A stretch of 64,000 nt of DNA from a virus. Its lineage: Duplodnaviria; Heunggongvirae; Uroviricota; Caudoviricetes. Made by a program: the position numbers and the translations under genes. The notes under the pieces were generated by a model. That model was not told the origin of the DNA, did not search any database, and saw only the letters and a list, made by a program, of their open reading frames with translations. Below, in pieces: positions 25,841-35,980 of this stretch (positions within the stretch are counted from its first letter, which is position 1; every line of letters starts with the position of its first letter). The stretch is taken from positions 185,363 through 249,362 of the IMG/VR virus record IMGVR_UViG_3300046008_000242; one strand, given 5' to 3'.

Positions 25841-28684
25841 ATGAAAACATTCTCTGAATTACGCAAACAAATAAACGAAAACAGTCTATATACATCTCAA
25901 CAGGAGAAAGATGACTTCCTGAAAGATAAGAAGAACATCGTCAATGCATTCCTTTATTCGTTTATCGGTAATCTATCATTATACAACAAAGACCCAGCAA
26001 AAGCTAAACATTATTTTGTTGGCGATAAGAAATTACAGATCCAAAACATCACTGATGATAACAATGATGCATCGTTAATCCTAAAGATTATGCATGATGA
26101 AGGTGGTTTCAAGAATTCAAACACAGCCAACAATCTAACCAAACTGTTGGCAAAATTGAAAGTTTCTGATGTAACATTAGATGATACTCTAATGAGAAGT
26201 TGGTTGGCAGATATCTCTCCTTCTTTCCATTCGGTTATTCCAACAGAATTGAAAAAGACTGTTGATGATTACACTCATGGTATCACCAGTTTCGATAGAT
26301 TAAGTTACAAATTGTACAAACATAAAACTGCGTATGGCGATGGAGAGTACCTAGCATTGGCTAAGAAGGTTGGTCGAATTGATAGACATACACATAAACC
26401 AAAAGTTGTTAGTCAAACTCAACCTGCTCCTACTGTAACTCCAGTTACACCAACAATCTCTAATCCTCAGATTGTGGTTCCGGTGGTTAATACAACAACT
26501 GTAACGTCTATTACTCCACCAGATGTTGTAGATGAACCTGTGGTGTTAGAACCACAACCAGAAGTTAAACAATTCAATCAAGAATTGTATGATAGAGTTT
26601 TAAAAAAAACCAAATATCTTTCGACATCTTATCTTGTTCAATTAGATGAATCTGATGTTAAAGAATTGGTGGAAGATTCTGAAGTGTTGATGAAATTAAT
26701 GGAAGATTATCCTAGATTCTTTGGCGATTCTTTAAATCCCTATCAATTTGAAATGGCTAGAGATTATATAATGAAAAATTATACAGAAGAATCAATTATT
26801 AAATTGGGTAAAAATAAAGAAAACTCAATTTGGATTAAATATGATATAAAACAATCTATCAAAATTCTGAATAAAAGAAACATAGACGCCACTAAAGTTT
26901 ATGATGCAATGATTATTGCTCCATATATTTGCGACAAAGATATTGGTATATCTGGGCAACAGATTCTTGATTTTTATGAAAAAAATAAAATTCTAATTTC
27001 ACCAGATAACGGTAATAAGATTGCGCGAGATTTCCCTGAGATATTAGTTGATGCTGTTAAGTTGACAATCAAGGACATGGGTGTCGGATATGTATCTACA
27101 ATGGCTGTTAAATTGAATGAACAACAGATTGATGATGCATTTCCTATTGATAACAAATTATTGGCTCCATTAAATGTTATCTTAACGGGTAGATTGTATA
27201 AAGATTCTTCTGAATTACTAAAGAAATACAATAACAATGAAGTATTGATTATTCAAGCATTAACGGACACTAGCACCCCACATTTTACACCTTACATAAA
27301 TTCATTGAATAAATTGTTCTTCGAGGATATGGATAAATGGTATCCATGGGAACGAAAATATAATTACATGAAACAATTATTAACTAAACCAAATGCCATT
27401 GATTATTTCAACGATAAATTCAAATATGCATTTACTGATGATGGAGTTTTTGATTATTTCTCAGATAAAGAAAGATTAGATGGTATCTCATCATCTTTAT
27501 TCGATTTAATGGTGACCAATTATAAAACAAAATCTGATATTGTTGATTCTTTATTCAATGACCTTGGCGACAAGATTAAATCTAAAGTGAAAAAGAACTT
27601 CGATTCAACATTTAAAGTTATGCACGATTTGAAAAATAGTGCGTTACCAATTAAAGAAGATCTAGACGCAAAGGGTATTAAGAAGATTTTAGAATTCAAC
27701 GGGATTGACCTTAGTGTTATTTCTGGTAATAAAATGAAATTCTCCAAGAATAAATCGTTGAGTCAATCTATTAATGAATATATGAAAGATGGCACCAACA
27801 TCATCGAACCATTAAAAATTGTTGAATTAAAAACAACAGAAGCAGAAAATAAGAAGGTGACTGAGAAGATTGTAAATGAAACTCATTCTGGTGGCAGACA
27901 CGGAGATATCTATCCGTTAATCTTACGTCAATTTGAAGTTCATCTACCTGACGTTCAATTCCAAGAGTTTAAAGAATTGATGATTAAGAATAACACACAT
28001 TCTGAAATTATACCCGCATTCCATGGAACTGGTTCTATAGCAGCCAATATGATTCTTAGATATGGATTTAAAGTTATTCCTGAAAATGATAATTCAGGAA
28101 TTGGTGTTGCTGGTAGAATGTTAGGTGATGGTATCTACTTTGGAACCAATATTGATAAAGTGTTACAATATGTAGGTAATGCTGGAATGACTAGACGATT
28201 GGGAACGACTGGATATGTATTTGAAATGGAAAATGAATTGGGTGTGCAGGGTGAAGATTACACTTCTGCTGGTTTAGGTGGAGATAGAATTGTTTCTCCT
28301 GAATGGTGCGTCTATAATGCCAATAAACAATTAAAAATTATTAAGGCTTACGAAGTGAAATTAGTTGATAGAGCAGAACTAGATAAGACGTTGAATGAAG
28401 CAACCAATAATAGAATGATGTCATTTAAAGAATTCAATAATGCCAAGAAGAACAATTATACATCATACAATTTCTATGACAGAAATGTTATAACACCAGA
28501 TGGTAAAATCATCAAATCATCAGATGTAAATGATAAGACGTTTAAGAAAGGAATTAGAGTTGAGATTCGCGGGAAGATTACATCGATTATCATACCAACT
28601 CGACAATTAGAATTCAATGATATATTATCTTGTTATGATTTACAAGATAATGCATTAAACAAGTATCTTAAATTGGTGAATTAA
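25841..28684 (+). CDS. 947-aa multidomain protein with a C-terminal PARP-like (H-Y-E) ADP-ribosyltransferase domain
   Basis: Plus-strand ORF with ATG at 25841 and an AAAGGAA Shine-Dalgarno. The C-terminus reads AFHGTGSIAANMILRYGF...GRMLGDGIYFGTNIDK...SPEWCVYNANKQLKIIKAYEVKL. This aligns with the PARP1 catalytic signature LWHGSR...GKGIYFAD...YNEYIVYD..LKYLLKL, with H, the Y of GIYF and E all conserved. A Pro/Thr-rich linker PAPTVTPVTPTISNPQIVVPVV sits near residue 200. Confidence 0.75.
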   Translation: MKTFSELRKQINENSLYTSQQEKDDFLKDKKNIVNAFLYSFIGNLSLYNKDPAKAKHYFVGDKKLQIQNITDDNNDASLILKIMHDEGGFKNSNTANNLTKLLAKLKVSDVTLDDTLMRSWLADISPSFHSVIPTELKKTVDDYTHGITSFDRLSYKLYKHKTAYGDGEYLALAKKVGRIDRHTHKPKVVSQTQPAPTVTPVTPTISNPQIVVPVVNTTTVTSITPPDVVDEPVVLEPQPEVKQFNQELYDRVLKKTKYLSTSYLVQLDESDVKELVEDSEVLMKLMEDYPRFFGDSLNPYQFEMARDYIMKNYTEESIIKLGKNKENSIWIKYDIKQSIKILNKRNIDATKVYDAMIIAPYICDKDIGISGQQILDFYEKNKILISPDNGNKIARDFPEILVDAVKLTIKDMGVGYVSTMAVKLNEQQIDDAFPIDNKLLAPLNVILTGRLYKDSSELLKKYNNNEVLIIQALTDTSTPHFTPYINSLNKLFFEDMDKWYPWERKYNYMKQLLTKPNAIDYFNDKFKYAFTDDGVFDYFSDKERLDGISSSLFDLMVTNYKTKSDIVDSLFNDLGDKIKSKVKKNFDSTFKVMHDLKNSALPIKEDLDAKGIKKILEFNGIDLSVISGNKMKFSKNKSLSQSINEYMKDGTNIIEPLKIVELKTTEAENKKVTEKIVNETHSGGRHGDIYPLILRQFEVHLPDVQFQEFKELMIKNNTHSEIIPAFHGTGSIAANMILRYGFKVIPENDNSGIGVAGRMLGDGIYFGTNIDKVLQYVGNAGMTRRLGTTGYVFEMENELGVQGEDYTSAGLGGDRIVSPEWCVYNANKQLKIIKAYEVKLVDRAELDKTLNEATNNRMMSFKEFNNAKKNNYTSYNFYDRNVITPDGKIIKSSDVNDKTFKKGIRVEIRGKITSIIIPTRQLEFNDILSCYDLQDNALNKYLKLVN

Positions 28685-28775
28685 GATAGAATGATCCCAG
28701 AATGTAATGTTCTGGGATTTTTATTGGATAAGAGTTACATTAAACCATCCATTATTTGTCTAATAATCAATCTTA

Positions 28776-28832
28776 ATGGAACGTTCTGATATTAACCCAA
28801 TCAACTCTATGTCATACAAAAGAACGTTCCAT
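28776..28832. repeat. inverted copy of the 45-bp GGAACGTTCC motif, with an extra GGAACGTTC half
   Basis: Its reverse complement tgtatgacatagagttgattgggttaatatcagaacgttccattaag matches the direct copies at 24283 and 13093. Confidence 0.7.
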
Positions 28833-28847
28833 ATAACCAAATCTTAT

Positions 28848-28886
28848 CCAATAAAAATCCCGAAGGAACTTTACGTTCTCAACGGG
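28848..28886 (-). terminator. intrinsic terminator
   Basis: Minus-strand hairpin AUCCCGUUGAGAACGUAAAGUUCCUUCGGGAU plus UUUUUAUUGG. It is a near-copy of the 24395 terminator. Confidence 0.6.
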
Positions 28887-28894
28887 ATCTTATT

Positions 28895-29362
28895 TCATTC
28901 TTTAATTGGTTCTACTTTAAAATTAACAAATGTCAATTTAGTGCCTTGTAATTTACAAGATAACTCTTCGATCTTCTGTATCTCATCATCACTTGGCGTA
29001 TACATAATTGATACATGTGGTATGTATTCGGAATACGAATGTTTATATCCGATATTGACCAATGCATTAAACTGGGATACTAGATCTGGTGATTCTAATG
29101 TCAACGCAACAGCACCCCATTTAGAACCTTTCTCTCCAAGTAATTTACAGCCAGATACAACTCCAACAAATTTATCATGTAATGGTTCCACTTTAAATGC
29201 TGGATTAGATACATCATACATTAACGTTACATGTAAATCATCGATGACGCTTATTCCACTTTCATGAAAAAACTCTTTCAATTGTTTTGAATCATCATCC
29301 GATAATCTAACAGCCACGTATCCACCTTTGTGTTGTTTCCATTCTTCAAATGTTAGCATCAT
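28895..29362 (-). CDS. 2H phosphoesterase, Acb1-like (candidate anti-CBASS/anti-Pycsar cyclic-nucleotide phosphodiesterase)
   Basis: 155 aa with two H-x-T/S-x motifs: DLHVTLMY (His at residue 44) and IPHVSIMY (His at residue 116). Size and spacing match the 2H fold of T4 Acb1 (gene 57B). Confidence 0.6.
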   Translation of the reverse strand: MMLTFEEWKQHKGGYVAVRLSDDDSKQLKEFFHESGISVIDDLHVTLMYDVSNPAFKVEPLHDKFVGVVSGCKLLGEKGSKWGAVALTLESPDLVSQFNALVNIGYKHSYSEYIPHVSIMYTPSDDEIQKIEELSCKLQGTKLTFVNFKVEPIKE

Positions 29363-29425
29363 TAGATGACCTCAGTTGAATTTGCAATGTCACCTCATCC
29401 TTCTCTATTCATGTATTTCCCCTCT

Positions 29426-30805
29426 TCAAATATGTACAATAAGATTATGACTTGCGCGTGAACAAGCGACGTAAAAACTTCTCAATGCTTCCTCTTTGTT
29501 ATTATTTAAAAAGATATCCTTTCCATGTATAAACACATTTTCGTAGCTTGAACCTTGGGATTTGTGGGAAGTTACGCAATACACTGGTCTAATATCAGAA
29601 AAATGTTTGGATACAAGATAGAACAATTCCCAATTTATTCCAAACATATTAGTTCTGGCGCATCCTGACATGAAATCCGTCAACATTTTCAATTCTGCTT
29701 TATCATAAGGAATAACAAATGATTGTCTGGATTTATCTGGTGTCCTAATTTCAACAAGATATCTTCTGACTATGTATCTACCAAATAAATGGTCCTTATT
29801 GATTTGACTCTGCGTTGGTTCAAATATAAATGGTAGGATTTCCTTAATAGATAAGACTGTTGCTTCTGTTTCAGTTGGACAGATTACCTTATCCCATCCA
29901 TCATATTTGAATTGGTTCTTATCAAAATCAACAAATGTCCCAACAGCATGTAATGGTTTAGAAAACGCAATACATTCTCCAACAGCAAATGGTTCTTTTA
30001 GATCTGGATATCTAATCTTCTGGATAGTCGAGTTAAAGAAATCCACTGTAACATTACGCCAAGCAACTACTCGACATAAATCAGGATCTGAATCATATCG
30101 TTTATCTGTAAATGCATGGCTGATTACAGATAACATTTCATCCAATTCCATGGTATGAATTCCAATATCGCCTGTCTCATTAGTCTTATTGATAACTGGT
30201 GGAGCCTTGAAAACATTATTATCCAGGTTATGTCTAATTGATGTACATAAGTCTAAGATAGGATTACCATGTTTCTGTCTGATGACTTCCGTTAGATATA
30301 CATTATTATCTAATTTGAATGTTGGTGATTCAGTTTCATTAACAGGATTCAACTGATTGTTATCCCCCATGAAGATAACCTGAGCACTAGATGAGAACAA
30401 GACGGCCTTATTGATGTAATCAAATAATTCTGAATCAACCATTGACATTTCATCGCAGATAACCAGATCGTATTTGTCGAATGTTGAATTACCACTGAAA
30501 GATAGTTTCTCATTACCATTTTTATCAATTTTCATTGTTAAACCAAGTAATGAATGGATAGTCCTACATTCAACAGACAATCCATGTTTCAATGACATGT
30601 TCTTAAGAACTTTGGTCGCCTTGTTGGTAGGAGAAGTGAAACAGACATTTAATGTATCTGGTAGATAATCCAATAGATGATTGATAAGGGTTGTTTTACC
30701 GCAACCAGCCGGAGCAATCAGACAGATGTATTCTTGGTTCTTCTTGACCACAAAATCAATCAGTCTATGCAAAATTACATTTTGGTCTTTAGTTAATTTA
30801 ATCAT
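29426..30805 (-). CDS. dda: Dda-like SF1B DNA helicase
   Basis: APAGCGKTT (Walker A), FTSPTNKATKVL, VICDEMSMV, FMGDNNQLNPV, VTSHKSQGSSY. The track start at 30829 is a TTG; the first ATG is at 30805. Confidence 0.85.
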   Translation of the reverse strand: MIKLTKDQNVILHRLIDFVVKKNQEYICLIAPAGCGKTTLINHLLDYLPDTLNVCFTSPTNKATKVLKNMSLKHGLSVECRTIHSLLGLTMKIDKNGNEKLSFSGNSTFDKYDLVICDEMSMVDSELFDYINKAVLFSSSAQVIFMGDNNQLNPVNETESPTFKLDNNVYLTEVIRQKHGNPILDLCTSIRHNLDNNVFKAPPVINKTNETGDIGIHTMELDEMLSVISHAFTDKRYDSDPDLCRVVAWRNVTVDFFNSTIQKIRYPDLKEPFAVGECIAFSKPLHAVGTFVDFDKNQFKYDGWDKVICPTETEATVLSIKEILPFIFEPTQSQINKDHLFGRYIVRRYLVEIRTPDKSRQSFVIPYDKAELKMLTDFMSGCARTNMFGINWELFYLVSKHFSDIRPVYCVTSHKSQGSSYENVFIHGKDIFLNNNKEEALRSFYVACSRASHNLIVHI

Positions 30806-31019
30806 TTGCACTTTGTTCTTTCCAATCAAGCCTTAAATCATTTTGTTTAAGATATCCCACTATAGAATCATGGATTACATTTCTGAAACATTGATGTAAT
30901 TTGAATCCAGGAATCTTAATTCCAATGTTCTTTGAGATCCATACAGAAACTTCTTTTTCTGTATAATTGACCAATTCGCGTATCTGGTGGTCTTTTAATC
31001 CATTCATATCAACCAACAC
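30798..31019 (-). CDS. hypothetical protein, 73 aa
   Basis: ORF track. Confidence 0.4.
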   Translation of the reverse strand: MLVDMNGLKDHQIRELVNYTEKEVSVWISKNIGIKIPGFKLHQCFRNVIHDSIVGYLKQNDLRLDWKEQSAND

Positions 31020-31398
31020 CTTTATGTTCTAACCATCTATTCCTAAATTCCCATAACACAGTAGCCTGACAATTATTCCCTTCTTTCCCGAATATATCAG
31101 ATAACCCAGAATACTTTGTCAATTCATCTAACAACAGAGGATTTTCCTGTAGATATTCCAACCATAACTGTTTATACAATGTTGTACATTCTTTCATGTT
31201 GATAATCGAATGGAGTTTCTGATATTGTTTACATGATTTGGGATCTAACCCAGTAACTCCATCATCAAACACTTTAGATGATTGATAGATGTTCTCAATA
31301 GTATCGTTCCTTCTTTTAATGTAAGCAAAGAAAGTCGAAAATCGTTTATCTCCTTTCGATGAACATTCAAGGAAAGGTTCTTCCCCGCGTCTAACCAT
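31009..31398 (-). CDS. hypothetical protein, 129 aa
   Basis: ORF track. Confidence 0.5.
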   Translation of the reverse strand: MVRRGEEPFLECSSKGDKRFSTFFAYIKRRNDTIENIYQSSKVFDDGVTGLDPKSCKQYQKLHSIINMKECTTLYKQLWLEYLQENPLLLDELTKYSGLSDIFGKEGNNCQATVLWEFRNRWLEHKGVG

Positions 31399-31822
31399 CT
31401 AACTGTATCACCAATTCAATTGAACCTGGATATGAGATAACAGTAACTCCGTCGATCTCGTGTGTTTCTTTCTCATCTAATAGGTCTAAATTACAATCAT
31501 CCACAATATAACCAAACGATGTTAGTCGTTTGAAAAATGTATATGCTACATGATGTGGTGGATACATTTTGGTCAATTCATATGGTATCTCAAGCGTAAT
31601 GGCATCATTCATGGAAGCGTCTTCGATACAATCTTCGTATATACCATAAACATCTTCCACTCCAATATAGAAAATTGGGTTAAATTGTTTAATATCATGA
31701 TGAAGTATATGATTCTTTAAGATAACATCCATCTTAATATCCCAAGCAACCAATGTTCTTTCTAATGGATCCGTCTTTCTCATAAGACCAGATAATGTTT
31801 TTAATGCTTTAATGTTAATCAT
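31391..31822 (-). CDS. hypothetical protein, 143 aa
   Basis: ORF track. Confidence 0.5.
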   Translation of the reverse strand: MINIKALKTLSGLMRKTDPLERTLVAWDIKMDVILKNHILHHDIKQFNPIFYIGVEDVYGIYEDCIEDASMNDAITLEIPYELTKMYPPHHVAYTFFKRLTSFGYIVDDCNLDLLDEKETHEIDGVTVISYPGSIELVIQLDG

Positions 31823-31880
31823 AAAATATCCTATCTAAAAGAAAACCGATATGAACTTAATCATATCGGTTTGAAAAATG

Positions 31881-32453
31881 TTATACGTTGATACCAAATT
31901 GATTTGCCAATGTTTTTAATCCACCAGCATATCCTTGACCAACAGCTTTGAACTTCCATTCATTATTGTATCTATAAACCTCACCAAAAATCATTGCCGT
32001 CTCTGATGACATATCTTCAGTCAAATCAAATCGTAATACTTCAATTCCAGTGTCTTTATTGACTAATCGAATATACGCATTTTTAACTTGACCGAAATTC
32101 TGACGGCGTTGTTCCGCATCATGAATCGTCACAGTAATACTAATCTTATCGACAGACGAATCAACTAATGTTAATTTAATTGTAATCTGTTCATCATCAC
32201 CTTCACCAGACCCAGTCAAATTATCGCCAAGATGTTCAACCGAATTATCAACAGATTTCAATTGATTGTAGAAGATGAAATCAGAATCACTTCTAACTTT
32301 ATCATTTTTCAAAAGAAATGCCGAAGCATCTAAATCAAACGGACTACCATCAGTGGTTCTAGCATCCCAACCTAATCCAACAATAATGTTTGTTAAAGAT
32401 GGATCTGTTTTAGTTAATGAAAGATTGTTGCCTTTTTGTAATGTTAATGCCAT
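31881..32453 (-). CDS. TerD-domain stress-response protein
   Basis: [27 protein letters not shown] ... [15 protein letters not shown] ... [14 protein letters not shown] matches the TerD/TerE/TerZ pattern. Confidence 0.8.
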   Translation of the reverse strand: MALTLQKGNNLSLTKTDPSLTNIIVGLGWDARTTDGSPFDLDASAFLLKNDKVRSDSDFIFYNQLKSVDNSVEHLGDNLTGSGEGDDEQITIKLTLVDSSVDKISITVTIHDAEQRRQNFGQVKNAYIRLVNKDTGIEVLRFDLTEDMSSETAMIFGEVYRYNNEWKFKAVGQGYAGGLKTLANQFGINV

Positions 32454-32464
32454 GATATGAATTC

Positions 32465-33148
32465 CTATAGATAAGTTTTTTGAATTGTTGAAATGATTCC
32501 GTCTAATGTTCTATCGTTAGTGGGTTCTCCGATGGCATTAAACTTCCATGAATCTTTGTGTCTATACAATTTACCAAGAACCATAGACACTTTATTGTTG
32601 AACGTTGAATCTTTTGCGATATTGTATCCAGCTAATACATCATCCACTCTAGTTGGAGTTCCTTCATAAATTCTAATTGAAGCAAATGGAATACTATCAA
32701 ATTGTTGACCTCTATATGAATTCAAAACAATAAAGATTTGGTCAACAGATGATTTCACTCTGGTTAGATCTAATGTGATGATTTCATTATCTAAACCATC
32801 ATCTCCGTTTGAATCTCCAACTAGGTCGTCGCCAGAATGTTTAATTCCAGTTCCATTTAATTTACCATAATAGATTGTCTCATCTTTAGAATTACCTTGG
32901 AATGTAATACAACTAACATCCAAATCAACAGCTGTTCTTCCAATCATACCCCAATTGACACCAACGCAGACGTTTGTTAATGATTTCCCATTCTTTTCTA
33001 ATGAAATACGTTGACCTTTAACCAGAGTGAGTTTAGGTTGTTTCTGTTGTTGAACTTGTTCGATTGAATTCTGTACAATTTGTCTAGTTGTATTAACAGA
33101 CCCTTCGATGTTATCGACCACTGTTCTGATTGCGTCAAAAATGCTCAT
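32465..33148 (-). CDS. TerD-domain protein (second, divergent paralogue)
   Basis: [24 protein letters not shown] ... [19 protein letters not shown] ... WKFNAIGE. Confidence 0.7.
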   Translation of the reverse strand: MSIFDAIRTVVDNIEGSVNTTRQIVQNSIEQVQQQKQPKLTLVKGQRISLEKNGKSLTNVCVGVNWGMIGRTAVDLDVSCITFQGNSKDETIYYGKLNGTGIKHSGDDLVGDSNGDDGLDNEIITLDLTRVKSSVDQIFIVLNSYRGQQFDSIPFASIRIYEGTPTRVDDVLAGYNIAKDSTFNNKVSMVLGKLYRHKDSWKFNAIGEPTNDRTLDGIISTIQKTYL

Positions 33149-33223
33149 AATATATTTGTTTCCTTTGTTGACTTATTGTTAAACAAGTCAACATTATAAT
33201 GGATTTATTTAAAAAGTAAAGGA

Positions 33224-34693
33224 TTAAAGATTATCTGATACAATCTTACGAATTTCAGCTAATGATGTTTCCTTAACCAACTTGCCGTCTTTGAATACAA
33301 CTTCTAAACATCCATGTTTTTCATGCTTTGGTTCAACATTATCATTCAATGTATATTGACCATTTTCATGAGATACCATCAATAGACCTTTAGCTGATTT
33401 CTTAGTCCCATCATCCGTTTTTGGATCTTTGAAGATAACTCTTGATTTACCGTTAATTATTGCATAAGTGGATTTAAGTGCAAAACCATGAGTATCTCTT
33501 GTCACATATCCCAACGAATACGAACCAATTCCAAATACTATATTATTAGAAGCAAATCCTTTTTGTTCTAATCTGACGAAAATAGATTGTTGTCGATCTA
33601 ATGTGATAGAATCGCCATAGATAGTGCCAATTTTTGGATTTAATACTTTATAACCTTTAGAGTTAATTGTTCCACCAAAAGTATCCCATAAACATTCAAT
33701 TAAACCTTTGTCTTCTGGCAAACATCCACCTATGATAGGATATATTCCACAAATAATATCAACTGGGTCGCCTGAATCAGGTCTTATAACCAATTTACCT
33801 TCTCGGGATTCAATTCTATCCTTTAATGTAGGAAGATATTCAGTAACAACTTTCCAAAAATCATAACTATCCGCCACATATGAAACGATACCAGTTGGAT
33901 AAACTTCTGTTATAATTCGGGTCAACGTTTCTAATTCATCTTCGTGTCCTCCTGAACAAACTACACTATGTTCGCTTGCTGGTACAGAATATGCTATGTC
34001 CGTTGTTGCTCCATAATATTCTTTAGCAAGTAAGATAGCTGGTATCGTATCTGTTCCTTTTGAACCAGTTGCAATAAAAGCAAACCCAGAAATTGCAGCA
34101 GCTTCTTTACATTGCATACCTCTCATACTAAAATCATGTTGTTGGAAAGGAACAAATGAATTATCATCACATGTCTTTTCTGAAAACTCTAAACTTTTAT
34201 TATAAAATGCTCGTGATGTGGTTGCGGTTGAACAAGGTAACCAAAGTTCTGCGGATAATACAGTTTCAATCATATTAGTCACCCAGAAGAATTCAGGTAA
34301 CGTATTTTTAATTGTTAAAACAGGTACACCATATGGAACAAACGAACCTTCTGGTAACGCTTTAATTTCAATTGGAAGATACCCTAAGTCATATAACGAT
34401 TCAATATGACTGACATTAGTTTCTCCTAATGAATCATCAACAATTTCTTTATATGACTGGATAACGAAATCTTTGGGTTGTTTAAAGAATGTTTCGCCCC
34501 ATTCGCGGATTAAATGTTTAATAATAAAGTATTGTAATCCAATAAAGTAAATACCTTTAGATCCAGGAATGTTTGATAATCTACCCGAACGAGGTGTAAA
34601 GTTAGAATAAATTAATTCCGTCCCTTTTGGATATTGATTAACATGTGACACTTTATAAAAATCTTTTTGTAATGGTGCAAAATTTGTAGACAT
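33224..34693 (-). CDS. nicotinamide phosphoribosyltransferase family protein (NAMPT/NadV-like; alternatively a Namat-type NAD-reconstitution enzyme)
   Basis: 489 aa. N-terminal DFYKVSHVNQYPKGT (the NAMPT DSYK.THY.QYP motif), GTDTIPA, SVPASEHS, and the overall NAMPT length. The track start at 34705 is a TTG; the first ATG is at 34693. Confidence 0.8.
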   Translation of the reverse strand: MSTNFAPLQKDFYKVSHVNQYPKGTELIYSNFTPRSGRLSNIPGSKGIYFIGLQYFIIKHLIREWGETFFKQPKDFVIQSYKEIVDDSLGETNVSHIESLYDLGYLPIEIKALPEGSFVPYGVPVLTIKNTLPEFFWVTNMIETVLSAELWLPCSTATTSRAFYNKSLEFSEKTCDDNSFVPFQQHDFSMRGMQCKEAAAISGFAFIATGSKGTDTIPAILLAKEYYGATTDIAYSVPASEHSVVCSGGHEDELETLTRIITEVYPTGIVSYVADSYDFWKVVTEYLPTLKDRIESREGKLVIRPDSGDPVDIICGIYPIIGGCLPEDKGLIECLWDTFGGTINSKGYKVLNPKIGTIYGDSITLDRQQSIFVRLEQKGFASNNIVFGIGSYSLGYVTRDTHGFALKSTYAIINGKSRVIFKDPKTDDGTKKSAKGLLMVSHENGQYTLNDNVEPKHEKHGCLEVVFKDGKLVKETSLAEIRKIVSDNL

Positions 34694-34714
34694 AATATCT
34701 CTCAATAATTTATT

Positions 34715-35980
34715 TTAAAAATCATATAGTGGAAGTTTACCAACTAACCAATTAGTATCAACTGTTTCATTTTTGTTTAAAATTTTTTCTTCTTTTGTTG
34801 TTGGATTATACACCCAATGCTCTTTTCTTGTAATTACTATTTCATGAGGTTTGATTTCCGCAAAAATAATGTTATACACCCCAATCTCATGAATTGATCT
34901 TACTGTAGTTTTACCTTTATATTTTTTTGAATATAAACCAGTTTTAAATTCTTCAATTGTTATATAAACACGGTTTCCGTTCATATCAATTGCGGAAACC
35001 ATACCAATTGATGTTCCATTATAATTTCCAGAATCGAATTCTTCTTTAGAAATTTGTCTAGTTGTTCCATTTTCATCTTTTATTATAACTTTACCTTTAT
35101 TTACATGTTCATACTCATGTATATTTTCTTTATTTATTCGTAAATTATTTCCATTTTCGTCTTTTACAATTACAAAGCCTTTATTTACTCCATCATAGTT
35201 GCCAGAATCGAATTCTTCTTTAGAAATTTGTCTAGTTGTTCCATTTTCATCTTTTATTACAACTTTACCTTTACTAATACCAACAAAAATATTACTATAA
35301 AATTCGTCAGATTTGATCCTAATAATTTTACCATTTTCATCTAATGCTACGACAAATCCAGAACTAGGAGTAATATAATTTCCAGAATCGAATTCTTCTT
35401 TAGAAATTCTTTTTGTACATTCGGTATCATTTAAAATAACTACAAAGCCTTTATTTACTCCATCATAGTTGCCAGAATCGAATTCTTCTTTAGAAATTTG
35501 TCTAGTTGTTCCATTTTCATCTTTTATTACAACTTTACCTTTATTATTACCAACATAATTTCCAGAATAAAATTCTTTAGTTGTGATCCTAATAATTTTA
35601 CCATTTTCATCTAATGCAGAAACAAATCCTCTATTATAATAAAAATTTTCATATTTAGTTTTATATTTTTTATTATCGTCGCCGACCATCATTGTTAATG
35701 AAAATGACATCGAAAAATTTTTAGGGTATATTTTAGTTAATAAAATATGGGCAATAATATGTTGTTCGAATGTTAAAACAACGCCATTCCAAGGAAACTC
35801 TTTTATATTTTTATATTCTGGAAATAAATCTTTTGCTTTTGGACAAATATGATGAACTTCACAATAAATACTCTTTCCTATAAATTTATTTTTTATCCTA
35901 CATTTTTCTATGAAATTTTTATAATGATTGATATAAAATTCATTGCATGGTTTTGTTTTTAAAATTTCTAAATAATCCAT
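34715..35980 (-). CDS. Mob-like HNH homing endonuclease inserted between the NAMPT fragment and the full NAMPT gene
   Basis: EVHHICPKAKDLFPEY plus repeated GNY...KGxVVI modules. It is a paralogue of the HNH at 57006..58253. Confidence 0.75.
   Translation of the reverse strand: MDYLEILKTKPCNEFYINHYKNFIEKCRIKNKFIGKSIYCEVHHICPKAKDLFPEYKNIKEFPWNGVVLTFEQHIIAHILLTKIYPKNFSMSFSLTMMVGDDNKKYKTKYENFYYNRGFVSALDENGKIIRITTKEFYSGNYVGNNKGKVVIKDENGTTRQISKEEFDSGNYDGVNKGFVVILNDTECTKRISKEEFDSGNYITPSSGFVVALDENGKIIRIKSDEFYSNIFVGISKGKVVIKDENGTTRQISKEEFDSGNYDGVNKGFVIVKDENGNNLRINKENIHEYEHVNKGKVIIKDENGTTRQISKEEFDSGNYNGTSIGMVSAIDMNGNRVYITIEEFKTGLYSKKYKGKTTVRSIHEIGVYNIIFAEIKPHEIVITRKEHWVYNPTTKEEKILNKNETVDTNWLVGKLPLYDF

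Noticed and set aside
28776-29267. Plus-strand 163-aa ORF
   Set aside because: It is antisense to the Acb1-like 2H phosphoesterase, whose motifs are clear, and it begins in the repeat/terminator region.
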